From assembly GCA_045133455.1 (NCBI GenBank), contig JBGUUJ010000035.1:2550-66549 (forward strand): a stretch of 64,000 bases of DNA, given 5' to 3'. The position numbers were made by a program, and so were the translations under genes. The notes under the pieces were generated by a model, which had not been told where the DNA came from, made no database searches, and saw only the letters and a list, made by a program, of their open reading frames with translations. How positions within the stretch are numbered: the first letter of the stretch is position 1; every line of letters starts with the position of its first letter. This document shows, piece after piece, positions 10,084 through 18,874 of this stretch. Source of the stretch: Ruminococcus sp. GTDB lineage: Bacteria > Bacillota > Clostridia > Oscillospirales > Acutalibacteraceae.

Positions 10084-10261
10084 CGGCGGGATGCATAGAG
10101 AATCCACACACAGCTTCACAGCTGTGCCAGGGATGAAGATGCACCCACCGTACTTCGTCATGCCCATTTTTCGGTCTGTTGGAGTCTGCGGTCATCTTCT
10201 GACCCCAGGCTCCTTCTTTTTGCATTCCGCTGTCCGAACCCCGTCCGGCAGAAAGGAATGC
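10084..10261 (+). ncRNA. candidate structured cis-regulatory leader, copy B (directly upstream of sigma-like gene)
   Basis: P1 10084-10096/10139-10150; P2 10109-10115/10120-10126; conserved core 10147-10175; terminator 10181-10221; hairpin 10222-10228/10255-10261 overlapping RBS GAAAGGA before GTG 10265. Confidence 0.6.
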
Positions 10262-10264
10262 TTA

Positions 10265-10828
10265 GTGAAGATTCAAATTTTGTATGAGGAAAACATCAGA
10301 AACGGACACAAGGTCTACACCACCATTGATATCCCTGACGGAGATTACAGCGTCATGCTGGATATCGACTACGAACAGAGGCTTGCAGAGGCAAAGCCGG
10401 AAAAGAAGGCAGAGGTCAAACGCTGTGAGACTGTGCAGGAGATGTTCGACCTGATGAACAAGAGAGAGTACAACGACTGGCGCAGGGAACACCGATACAT
10501 CGATCCGAACCCGAAGGCAAAGAAGATGGACGGTCACAAGGGCTATATCCAGGGAGATCCGGAAGATGAGTCTTTTGACATCATGGACTATCTGCTTACG
10601 GCATCGGACGATCATACCGACCTCGAGCGTGAGGAAGTCTGCTCCTGGATTCGCTCTGTACTTATTAAAAAACCGCAGTGGGCAGAAGCGTTTATCGCTG
10701 TCCGTATTGACGGCATGCCTATTCGAAAGTATGCAGCCACGGTCGGTGAGTCTGAGAACAGCATTACTCAGAAGCTGAACCGTGCCGCAAAAAAAATAAA
10801 AGAATTTTACGGAAACCGTAAGATTTGA
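10265..10828 (+). CDS. sigma-70 region-4-like transcription regulator (phage/ICE type)
   Basis: C-terminal HTH IDGMPIRKYAATVGESENSITQKLNRAAKKIK; GTG 10265 lies 7 nt after GAAAGGA; the ORF-track start 10091 would read through terminator 10181-10221. Confidence 0.55.
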   Translation: MKIQILYEENIRNGHKVYTTIDIPDGDYSVMLDIDYEQRLAEAKPEKKAEVKRCETVQEMFDLMNKREYNDWRREHRYIDPNPKAKKMDGHKGYIQGDPEDESFDIMDYLLTASDDHTDLEREEVCSWIRSVLIKKPQWAEAFIAVRIDGMPIRKYAATVGESENSITQKLNRAAKKIKEFYGNRKI

Positions 10829-10866
10829 CCGCCTCCCAAGGCTACCACTTGGAGGCGATGACCTCC
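10811..10866 (+). promoter_or_regulatory. boxA/boxB-like RNA motif, copy a
   Basis: GGAAACCGTAAGATTTGA then stem 10830-10840/10848-10857 with loop GCTACCA; alternative hairpin GGAGG/CCTCC 10851-10866; overlaps stop codon of the sigma-like gene. Confidence 0.5.
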
Positions 10867-10891
10867 GAATAAATTCAAGGAGGTAATTCGA

Positions 10892-11671
10892 ATGGAATTA
10901 CAAGTGTTTAACAACGCAGAGTTCGGCTCTGTAAGAACAACCACAGTAAACGGTGAGGTTATGTTTGTTGCTAAGGACATAGCCACGATCCTCGGTTACA
11001 GCAATCCGAGAGATGCTATCAACAAGCACGTTTATGATGAAGACAAGGGAGTAGCAAAATGCGACACCCTTGGCGGTGTTCAAGATTTGACTATCATCAA
11101 TGAATCGGGACTTTACAGTCTTATCCTGTCAAGCAAAATGCCTAACGCGAGGAAGTTCAAGCGCTGGGTAACAGCAGAGGTTCTTCCGGCGATCCGCAGA
11201 CACGGGATGTATGCAACAGAGGAACTTATCGCAAATCCCGACCTCGCTATTGCAGCATTCCAGGCATTGAAGGCCGAGCGTGAAAAGAGACAGGCTCTTG
11301 AGGAAGCGGTCGCAGTACAGGCACAGCAGATCGCAGAGCTTAAGCCGAAGGCAACCTATTACGATGTGGTTCTTAAATGTAAGGATGCCGTAAATATCTC
11401 CGTCATTGCCAAGGATTACGGCTGGAGCGCACAGCGAATGAACGAGTACCTGCATCAGAAGGGCGTGCAGTACAAGCAGGCAGACATCTGGCTTCTCTAC
11501 CAGAAGCATGCCGGATGTGGCTACACCAAGACCAACACACACGTTTACGAAGACACCTGTGGTCGTGAACATACCAAGGTCCATACCAAGTGGACGCAGA
11601 AAGGCAGACTGTTCATCTACGGACTGCTAAAAGCTGACGGTGTGTATCCTCAGATTGAGATGGAGGTTTAG
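10892..11671 (+). CDS. phage antirepressor (BRO-N + KilAC-like domains)
   Basis: N-terminal FGSVRTTTVNGEVMFVAKDIATILGY...ESGLYSLILSSKMPNARKFKRWV (Bro-N); C-terminal YYDVVLKCKDAVNISVIAKDYG; RBS AAGGAGG. Confidence 0.85.
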   Translation: MELQVFNNAEFGSVRTTTVNGEVMFVAKDIATILGYSNPRDAINKHVYDEDKGVAKCDTLGGVQDLTIINESGLYSLILSSKMPNARKFKRWVTAEVLPAIRRHGMYATEELIANPDLAIAAFQALKAEREKRQALEEAVAVQAQQIAELKPKATYYDVVLKCKDAVNISVIAKDYGWSAQRMNEYLHQKGVQYKQADIWLLYQKHAGCGYTKTNTHVYEDTCGREHTKVHTKWTQKGRLFIYGLLKADGVYPQIEMEV

Positions 11672-11674
11672 TAG

Positions 11675-12103
11675 ATGGGAGTAAACATCAGAAATTGCGA
11701 GGGTTACATGGATACCGTTACCTTTCAGGCGATTTCAAGTATTGACCATGAGGCGAAGGCAGCGTCAAAACCTGCCTTCCGTCCTCTGGTCTATATCTGT
11801 GCTCCGTTTTCCGGGGACATTAAAGCAAATAAGAAGAAGGCGGCGGAGTTCGCTGAGTATGCATACCGCAATGGCTGCATCCCTCTGACAGCACACCTGT
11901 TGTTTCCCTTTATGGATGACAGCAACAAGGCGGAGCGTGATACCGCGATCCACATGGACATAGTTTTGATGGGCAAATGCCAGGAGGTTTGGGTTCTGAA
12001 GGAGCACATCACCCACGGCATGCGCATTGAAATCGACAAAGCAAACAGACGCAGACAGAAGGTGCGTTATTTCAACAGCAGATTTGAGGAGGTACAGGAA
12101 TAA
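11675..12103 (+). CDS. DUF4406-like (nucleoside deoxyribosyltransferase-fold) phage protein
   Basis: VYICAPFSGD...AYRNGCIPLTAHLLFPFMDD pattern; family assignment from memory only. Confidence 0.45.
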   Translation: MGVNIRNCEGYMDTVTFQAISSIDHEAKAASKPAFRPLVYICAPFSGDIKANKKKAAEFAEYAYRNGCIPLTAHLLFPFMDDSNKAERDTAIHMDIVLMGKCQEVWVLKEHITHGMRIEIDKANRRRQKVRYFNSRFEEVQE

Positions 12104-12723
12104 TGGAACAGTTCACAGCAATTCAGACCGAATATAACGGTTATCTTTTCAGATCCCGCTTGGAAGCGAGATGGGCGGTGTTCTTTGATGCGATGGGAAT
12201 CGAATATGAGTATGAGCCGGAAAGTATCGTCCTGAGTGACGGTTCACTTTATCTGCCGGATTTCTATCTTCCTGACTTTAAGTGCTACTTCGAGGTGAAG
12301 CGCAAGAGCATTAAGGGTACAGAGGAAGAAAAGACAGTCATGGCTAAGATCAGCAATGGTGCCTATACCGACTCCTGGGCAGGCATTATCTGTTTCGGAG
12401 ATCCGATGGATGATGACCTCTACATCTTTTGCCAAGAAACCGATGACGGCGGTGGCGGCGGATACGAGGACAACGTTACGATTGGATTCCACCCGGACAC
12501 CTATGAGCCGTACCTTTTTGCCTACAACGACAGACGTGATAGAAGCTTCTTCACCCACTTCGGTGAGGACATGGAAGACGAGACGATTCCGATGCTGACT
12601 ACGGAATATGGCACCTATAAATACAAAAATTTTGTGAACGGACGTGTTTTCCGTGCCAGAAAGCAGGCTCGTCAGGCACGTTTTGAACACGGAGAGACTC
12701 CGAGAGCAAGGAGGGTTAGATAA
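12103..12723 (+). CDS. PD-(D/E)xK nuclease-fold phage protein
   Basis: FRSRLEARWAVFFDAMGIEYEYEP...YLPDFYLPDFKCYFEVK matches the D...(D/E)xK layout; RBS GAGGAGG. Confidence 0.5.
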   Translation: MEQFTAIQTEYNGYLFRSRLEARWAVFFDAMGIEYEYEPESIVLSDGSLYLPDFYLPDFKCYFEVKRKSIKGTEEEKTVMAKISNGAYTDSWAGIICFGDPMDDDLYIFCQETDDGGGGGYEDNVTIGFHPDTYEPYLFAYNDRRDRSFFTHFGEDMEDETIPMLTTEYGTYKYKNFVNGRVFRARKQARQARFEHGETPRARRVR

Positions 12724-15071
12724 TGCGTAATCTTGCAATCGCCTACGGCAATAACCGTCAGTCAAAAACCTGGGTCAACAAGACTATCACATTCGATGAA
12801 CTGAAGGAACGACTGAAAGTGACCATTCGCACCCCTGAGTCTGCGGAAGAATATGCCAAGTTCAATAAGGCAAAGAGGGATGCCGTGAAAGACCACGGTG
12901 GCTTCGTTGCCGGTGCCCTGAAGGGTGGCAGACGAAAAGTCGACACCGTGGAGCTTCGTTCCATGGTTGCCCTGGACGGTGACCGCATCGACAAGGCGTT
13001 CCTTGAAAATTATGAAACCAACGCTCCTTATACATCTCTGCTTTATACCACCCACAGCAGCACCGATGACGATCCGAGAGTCCGTCTGGTGTATCCGCTG
13101 ACAAGAGATGTTACCCCGGAAGAGTTCGTGGCAGTCAGTCGCTACCTGGCACAGATGCTGGGCATCGACTATTTTGATGAATGCTCCTACCTTCCGAACC
13201 AGCTGATGTACTGGCCGTCCACGCCATCCAATGGAAGCTTTGTGTTCCTGGATGTGGAGAAGGAGTGGCTTGATCCGGATGATGTGCTTGCTGCCCATCC
13301 GGAATGGACGGACCCTACAAGACTGCCTACCTCTTCAAGGGAAAGCAGGGCAAATACTACTGCATCTGTAAAGGTGCAGGATCCTCTTGATAAGGAAGGT
13401 GCTGTCGGTTTCTTCAACCGTGCATTCTTCCCTATCGGTCGTGCCATCGAAAAATATCTGTCGGATGTGTATGAGCCGACAGACAACGAGAACCGCTGGC
13501 ATTATATCCAGTCCTCCAGTATGGCAGGCGTGGAAATCATCGAGGGTGGCAAGTTCGTATACAGCCACCATGCCAAAGACCCTGCCTATCTCAAGCTGTG
13601 CAACGCCTTTGATCTCGTCCGCATTCACAAGTTCGGTGACGATGATGTGAAGAAATCCTTCAATGCCATGTGTGAACTTGCTATGCAGGACGATGAGGTC
13701 AAGCGTATCGCTATGGAAGAAAAACTGTCACAGGCGGAGACTGACTTCAATGTCTCTAACGGAGACTGGATGACCAGGCTCAAGTATCAGCCGAGGTCTG
13801 GTCAGCTGGAAAACAGCGTTTATAACCTGAACCTGATCCTCGCTAATGATTCGGATTTTAGAAGCTTTGCTTATAACGAAATGGCCAATCGTATCCAGGT
13901 CACTGGTCCGTTGCCTTGGGAGCGCCCAGAGGGAAATCAGTTCTGGCGAGATGCGGATACAGCACAGCTTAAGTCGATCATCGATATTCGCTACCTTCCC
14001 TTCTCAAGCAGGAATCATGATGTAGCTTTTACGAAGATTGCAGATGACAGGCATTTTCACCCGGTCCGTGACTACCTCGACAGTCTGCCGGAGTGGGACG
14101 GTATCGAGCGAGTGGAAGACCTTTTCATCCGTTATCTGCAGGCAGACGATACACCGTATGTCCGTGCAGTCACCAGAAAGACTTTTGCGGCAGCAGTTGC
14201 CCGTGTATATGTTCCGGGCATCAAGTTCGACTGTGTTCCGGTGCTGGATGGTGATCAGGGTATTGGCAAGTCCACCATCGTAAAAGACCTGGTCACTTCT
14301 GAATACTACTCCGAGACCCTATCCCTTACCGATATGGATGACAAGTCTGGTGCAGAAAAGCTGCAGGGCTTCTGGGCGGTGGAGATCGGAGAGCTTGCCG
14401 GTATGAAGAAAGCCGACATTGAGAAGGTCAAGGCCTTCCTTTCTACCTGCGATGACAAGTACCGTCCGTCTTACGGCAAGGTGGTGGAGTCCCATCCGAG
14501 ACAGTGCATCATCATCGCAACTGTTAATGGTGAGCGTGGATATCTTCGTGACATCACAGGTAACCGCCGTTTCTGGATCATCAAGCTGCATCAGAAGAAG
14601 CAGAAAAAGACCTGGGACTTCACACCGGAATACCGTGCGCAGTTCTGGGCAGAGGCAAAGGAAATCTGGAAGTCCGGCGAAAAGCTGTACCTCGAAGGTG
14701 ATCTCTTGGAAGTTGCAGAGGAAGCACAGCAGTCTGCTATGGAGGTGGACGAGCGTCTTGGCATGGTCGAAGAATATCTCAATACCAGACTGCCGGATGA
14801 CTGGGCGGACATGGATCTGTTCCAAAGACGCAACTTCCTCCAGGGCAGTGAGTTCGGTATGCCAGAGCATAAGGGAGCCGTTATGCGTACTGAGGTATCC
14901 AATGCGGAGATCTGGTGCGAGTGCTACGGCAAGCCACTCCAGGAACTGAAGCCAACTGACAGCTACAGCATTGCAGCTCTGATGGCACAGCTTCCGAACT
15001 GGGAGCGAACCACCTCGATCAAGCGTCAGCCGATCTATGGCAGGCAGCGACTCTACAAGAAGACAACATAA
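12723..15071 (+). CDS. primase / VirE-family helicase (replication initiator)
   Basis: Walker A DGDQGIGKST; VirE-like WAVEIGELAGMKKADIEKVKAFLS...YRPSYG...PRQCIIIATVN...NRRFW. Confidence 0.85.
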   Translation: MRNLAIAYGNNRQSKTWVNKTITFDELKERLKVTIRTPESAEEYAKFNKAKRDAVKDHGGFVAGALKGGRRKVDTVELRSMVALDGDRIDKAFLENYETNAPYTSLLYTTHSSTDDDPRVRLVYPLTRDVTPEEFVAVSRYLAQMLGIDYFDECSYLPNQLMYWPSTPSNGSFVFLDVEKEWLDPDDVLAAHPEWTDPTRLPTSSRESRANTTASVKVQDPLDKEGAVGFFNRAFFPIGRAIEKYLSDVYEPTDNENRWHYIQSSSMAGVEIIEGGKFVYSHHAKDPAYLKLCNAFDLVRIHKFGDDDVKKSFNAMCELAMQDDEVKRIAMEEKLSQAETDFNVSNGDWMTRLKYQPRSGQLENSVYNLNLILANDSDFRSFAYNEMANRIQVTGPLPWERPEGNQFWRDADTAQLKSIIDIRYLPFSSRNHDVAFTKIADDRHFHPVRDYLDSLPEWDGIERVEDLFIRYLQADDTPYVRAVTRKTFAAAVARVYVPGIKFDCVPVLDGDQGIGKSTIVKDLVTSEYYSETLSLTDMDDKSGAEKLQGFWAVEIGELAGMKKADIEKVKAFLSTCDDKYRPSYGKVVESHPRQCIIIATVNGERGYLRDITGNRRFWIIKLHQKKQKKTWDFTPEYRAQFWAEAKEIWKSGEKLYLEGDLLEVAEEAQQSAMEVDERLGMVEEYLNTRLPDDWADMDLFQRRNFLQGSEFGMPEHKGAVMRTEVSNAEIWCECYGKPLQELKPTDSYSIAALMAQLPNWERTTSIKRQPIYGRQRLYKKTT

Positions 15072-15228
15072 GCAAGTACACAAGACTGCGACACAGACAC
15101 AACTATTTCCCTTATATTACGAATGCGTTTTTTCAAGATATAGGGGTATGTAATCCGTGATATACGCACGTAGTAAATATAAGGGATTGGTTGTGAATTT
15201 CGTGTTCCTGTGTCACGGAGGAATTGGC

Positions 15229-15516
15229 ATGAACGAGAAATTCATAGAGAAAAAACTCGTGGAGGCAGTGAAGAAGATGGGAGGTCTTGCACCCAAGTTT
15301 GTAAGTCCCGGACTTGATGGTGTGCCTGACCGACTGGTTATGCTCCCGATGGCAAGATTCGCTTTTGTAGAACTGAAAGCACCTGGAAAGAAAATGCGTC
15401 CTCTGCAGGTAAGGCGAAAAAGACAGCTGGAAAGGCTCGGCTTTTCGGTTTACTGCGTGGACAGCTTAGAACAGATAGAAACCGTATTACACGAGATTGG
15501 AGGTGATGCCTTTTGA
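15229..15516 (+). CDS. VRR-NUC domain nuclease
   Basis: GVPDRLVMLP...FVELKAPGKKMRPLQ; ATG 15229 follows GGAGG 15213-15217. Confidence 0.8.
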   Translation: MNEKFIEKKLVEAVKKMGGLAPKFVSPGLDGVPDRLVMLPMARFAFVELKAPGKKMRPLQVRRKRQLERLGFSVYCVDSLEQIETVLHEIGGDAF

Positions 15517-16869
15517 AGTTCATACCACATGATTATCAGCAGTATGCCATCGACTTTATCAAGTCCCATAAAGAAGCTGCGGTCTTCCTTGATATGGGCT
15601 TGGGCTGACAAAACCGTCATTACCCTTACAGCACTGCACGACCTCATCCTGGATTCCTTTGAGGTAAGAAAGGTACTGGTCATAGCCCCTTTGAGAGTGG
15701 CGAGAGATACATGGCCTGCCGAGGTGACCAAATGGGATCACCTTAAGGGACTCACTTACAGCGTGGCGATCGGAACAGAAAAAGAAAGAATCGAAGCACT
15801 GATGAAGCGCACCCACATCCACATCATCAACCGTGAAAATGTGGACTGGCTTATCAATAAGAGCGGTATTCCTTTTGACTACGATATGGTAGTCATCGAT
15901 GAGCTTTCCTCTTTCAAGAGCCATCAGGCAAAACGATTCAAGAGCCTTCTGAAGGTCAGACCTTTTGTCAGACGCATCGTAGGACTGACCGGAACTCCTT
16001 CAAGCAATGGCCTTATGGATCTCTGGGCACAGTTCAGAATCCTGGACTGCGGAAAGAGGCTGGGCAGATACATCACCCATTACCGTGCAGCTTTTTTTCT
16101 CCCGGACAAGCGGAGCGCCGAGCGGGTGTTCACCTACAAGCCTGCAGACGGAGCGGAGCAGATGATCTATGACCGTATTTCGGATATGACCATCAGCATG
16201 CGTTCTGCGGATTACCTGACACTGCCGGAGTGCATCATCAATGAGGTACCGGTATCTATGAGCGAAAAGGAGCGGGATATCTATGATACCTTCCGTGCCG
16301 ATATGGTGGCAAAGGTCAAGGGTGAGGAGATTGATGCCGCCAACGCAGCCGTGCTTTCCGGCAAACTCCTGCAGATGGCAAATGGCTGCATCTACGATGA
16401 GGATAAAAAGGCTCTTCAGATACACGACCGCAAACTGGATGCCCTGGAAGAGCTCATCGAAGGTGCCAACGGAAAGCCTGTCCTTATTGCCTACTGGTTT
16501 CAGCATGACCTTTCCCGTATCAAAGAGCGTTTCACAATTCGTGAGATAAAGTCCTCACAGGATATAGCAGACTGGAACAGCGGAAAGATACCTGTGGCGG
16601 TCATCCACCCGGCTTCGGCGGGACATGGTCTGAACCTTCAGGCTGGCGGTTCTACCATGATATGGTTCGGACTGACCTGGTCATTGGAACTGTACCAGCA
16701 GTGCAATGCAAGACTTCACCGTCAGGGACAGACGGATACGGTGGTCATCCACCACATCATCACCAGGGGCACCATTGACGAAGATGTCATGGCAGCACTG
16801 CAGAGAAAGGAAAAGATACAGTCTGCTCTGATCCGTGCGGTGAAAGCTAATCTGGAGGTGAGCCGATGA
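15513..16869 (+). pseudogene. SNF2-family helicase interrupted by an apparent frameshift inside motif I
   Basis: TTG 15513 (RBS GGAGGTG) gives LKFIPHDYQQYAIDFIKSHKEAAVFLDMGLG then TGA 15606-15608; motif continues as KTVITLTALHDL in the +1 frame from 15610; downstream DELSSFK and helicase C-terminal motifs are intact. Confidence 0.7.
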
Positions 16870-17084
16870 CCGACCCTTATCAGAACCTTGCCAATGCTAT
16901 CATCCTGTCAGCGGTCAAGGACTGGCGGTTAGCAAGGCGAAAACTGAAACGAAAACCAAATAACAAGGATGCAAAGATACTGCTTGAGGAGTGTGAGAAC
17001 TTCTTCCACTCCCAGTGGTATGCATCCCTTACCGATGTGGATGGCGAAATGCTTATCCGCAGACTCTATGAGGAGGATAGATAA
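16866..17084 (+). CDS. small phage protein, unknown function
   Basis: ATGA overlap with helicase stop; RBS GGAGGTG. Confidence 0.5.
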   Translation: MTDPYQNLANAIILSAVKDWRLARRKLKRKPNNKDAKILLEECENFFHSQWYASLTDVDGEMLIRRLYEEDR

Positions 17085-17509
17085 TGACAGCAAAAGAATA
17101 TTTGAAACAGGCATACCGCATTGACCACAGAATCAATTCCGATATCGCAGAGCTTGGAAGGCTTCGTGAGATGTCCACGAGTATTTCTTCACCAAACTTG
17201 GGAGATAAGGTACAGATCAGTCACAGTGGTGATGCTCCCTTCATGAAATGCTTGGAACGCATCTATGACCTGGAAGCGAGGATCAACGATGAGATCGACC
17301 TTTTCGTAGATCTCAAGAATGAGATACGAAGCGTCATTGATACGGTTCCCAACACAGATGAACGCATGGTGCTTCGCTACAGATACATTCACAATTTCAC
17401 CTGGGAGCAGATCGGTGACGAACTGAGTGCTGACTCTCGTACCGTAAGGAGATGGCATGGACAGGCTCTGCAGCATGTGGTGCTTCCGGAAAATCCTATC
17501 AAAATTTAA
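17084..17509 (+). CDS. DUF1492 / RinA-ArpU-like late transcription regulator (sigma region-4-like)
   Basis: ERMVLRYRYIHNFTWEQIGDELSADSRTVRRWHGQAL HTH; sits just upstream of the HNH/TerS packaging genes. Confidence 0.7.
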   Translation: MTAKEYLKQAYRIDHRINSDIAELGRLREMSTSISSPNLGDKVQISHSGDAPFMKCLERIYDLEARINDEIDLFVDLKNEIRSVIDTVPNTDERMVLRYRYIHNFTWEQIGDELSADSRTVRRWHGQALQHVVLPENPIKI

Positions 17510-17657
17510 AAAACGCCCGAAATGTCCGCCTTTGTCCTAAAATGCCCAGGTTGGAAATGTGATATAGTATAATCAGCAAAAAGCAAGATCAAATGAGCCT
17601 CGAAGGACACACCAAGTTCTCCGGGGCTTTTCTTATACCCAAAAGGAGGTGTGGAAC

Positions 17658-18017
17658 TTGCCAAGAAAGCCGAAAAGACCCTGTGCCTTCCCCGGCTGTC
17701 CCAACCTTACCGACAAACAGTATTGTGAACAGCACGAGAAAGAACATAACAAACGCTACAACAAGTATGAGCGCAGTGCTGATGTAAACACCAAGTACGG
17801 CAGAGCGTGGCGAAGGGTTCGTGAGCGTTATGCGTCGGCACACCCTCTTTGTGAGCGTTGCCTTGAGCAAGGACGAATGACACCTGTTGATGAAGTGCAT
17901 CATATTATTCCCGTTTCACAAGGCGGAACAAATGAGGAAAGCAATCTAATGTCACTTTGTAAAAGCTGTCACAATAAAATTCACCTTGAAATCGGTGACA
18001 GACAAATAAGACGGTGA
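17658..18017 (+). CDS. HNH endonuclease
   Basis: CERC...VHHIIPVSQGGTNEESNLMSLCKSCHNKIH; TTG 17658 lies 8 nt after AGGAGG. Confidence 0.9.
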   Translation: MPRKPKRPCAFPGCPNLTDKQYCEQHEKEHNKRYNKYERSADVNTKYGRAWRRVRERYASAHPLCERCLEQGRMTPVDEVHHIIPVSQGGTNEESNLMSLCKSCHNKIHLEIGDRQIRR

Positions 18018-18126
18018 CCGGTAGGGGGGTAAAAATCTCTACAGCTATCAATTGGGACAACGGCCCGGGGTGTCACACGCAAAAAAAGCGAAATCAAACG
18101 GGGTATAACCCCACGGAGGTGATTGT

Positions 18127-18678
18127 ATGGCGAAAGACGGCACTGCAAGAGGCGGTGCAAGAGCCGGGAGCGGCAGAAAATCCAAGGCTTTGAAAGAAAA
18201 ACTTGATAGCGGAAATCCGGGCGGCAGAAAGCTGACGGTTATGGAACTGCCTGCTGATTCTCATTTAAGCGGTGAGGATATGCCCGAGCCTAAAAGCTAT
18301 ATGCTGGACAGGCAGAAAAACGGCGGTGACCTTGATGCAGAAGATGTGTTCAGAGAAATCTGGCTGTGGCTCAAGGAGCGTGGCTGTGAAAAGTTGGTAA
18401 GCACTCAGCTTGTGCGAAACTATGCCATGAGTGTTTCAAGGTGGATTCAATGTGAACACGCAATCTCGGAATACGGCTTTCTTGCAAAGCACCCTACAAC
18501 TGGTCAGGCAATAGCAAGTCCCTATGTCAGTATGAGTCAGAACTATATGAAACAGGTAAATAATCTGTGGTATCAGATTTTCCAGATAGTTAAGGAAAAC
18601 TGCTCCGCAGATTTTTCAGGAGCAACACCGCAGGATGATGTTATGGAGAGATTGTTACGCTCTCGGAGAGGAAACTAA
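18127..18678 (+). CDS. terS: terminase small subunit (P27 family-like)
   Basis: Position after HNH; YGFLAKHPTTGQAIASPYVSMSQNYMKQV resembles P27-family TerS. Confidence 0.75.
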   Translation: MAKDGTARGGARAGSGRKSKALKEKLDSGNPGGRKLTVMELPADSHLSGEDMPEPKSYMLDRQKNGGDLDAEDVFREIWLWLKERGCEKLVSTQLVRNYAMSVSRWIQCEHAISEYGFLAKHPTTGQAIASPYVSMSQNYMKQVNNLWYQIFQIVKENCSADFSGATPQDDVMERLLRSRRGN

Positions 18679-18679
18679 T

Positions 18680-18874
18680 ATGAATTTCAAATTAAAGAGA
18701 TTTATGAAAAAACTTAAAAACAGCAGACCATATCTTTCAAAGCAACAGTACCGCACAATAAAAGGTCAGGCTCTGTCGGGAGATATTGACGGTGCGGAAA
18801 AAGGTCTGAACTCACTTTTGAACAGGAGGTGTGTATATGAAAACTACAACAGAAATGCAGCTTGTTCCCGTTGA
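18680..18874 (+). CDS. small hypothetical protein
   Basis: ATG directly after terS stop; overlaps the next gene by ~38 nt; weak support. Confidence 0.3.
   Translation: MNFKLKRFMKKLKNSRPYLSKQQYRTIKGQALSGDIDGAEKGLNSLLNRRCVYENYNRNAACSR

Noticed and set aside
9401-10225. Minus-strand ORFs 9401-9808 (135 aa) and 10013-10225 (70 aa) share a peptide (NGHD.VRWVHL) and could be paralogous genes.
   Set aside because: The shared peptide comes only from the ~30-nt conserved nucleotide core of the two leader elements. Outside it the copies differ by compensatory base-pair changes rather than synonymous changes. There is no RBS, and both ORFs run through terminator hairpins.
9513-10261. The leader elements might be transcribed from the minus strand, because two C-A mismatches (in P1 and in the 9651-9666 hairpin) would become G-U pairs there.
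   Set aside because: This is less likely. Both long terminator stems contain G-U pairs valid only on the + strand and are followed by U-tracts on the + strand. Both elements also end at an RBS plus start codon on the + strand. I have not fully excluded it.
10091-10264. ORF-track start (10091) for the sigma-like gene, giving a 245-aa protein.
   Set aside because: The extra 58 codons overlap the structured leader and its terminator (10181-10221) and look non-protein-like. GTG 10265, with GAAAGGA 7 nt upstream, is preferred.
17510-17657. Hairpin AGCCUCG...CGGGGCU followed by UUUCUU, and a TATAAT-like box upstream of the HNH gene, as a possible cos/late-promoter element.
   Set aside because: The signals are weak (7-bp stem with a 19-nt loop, poor -35). 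They cannot be distinguished from an ordinary intergenic region without data.
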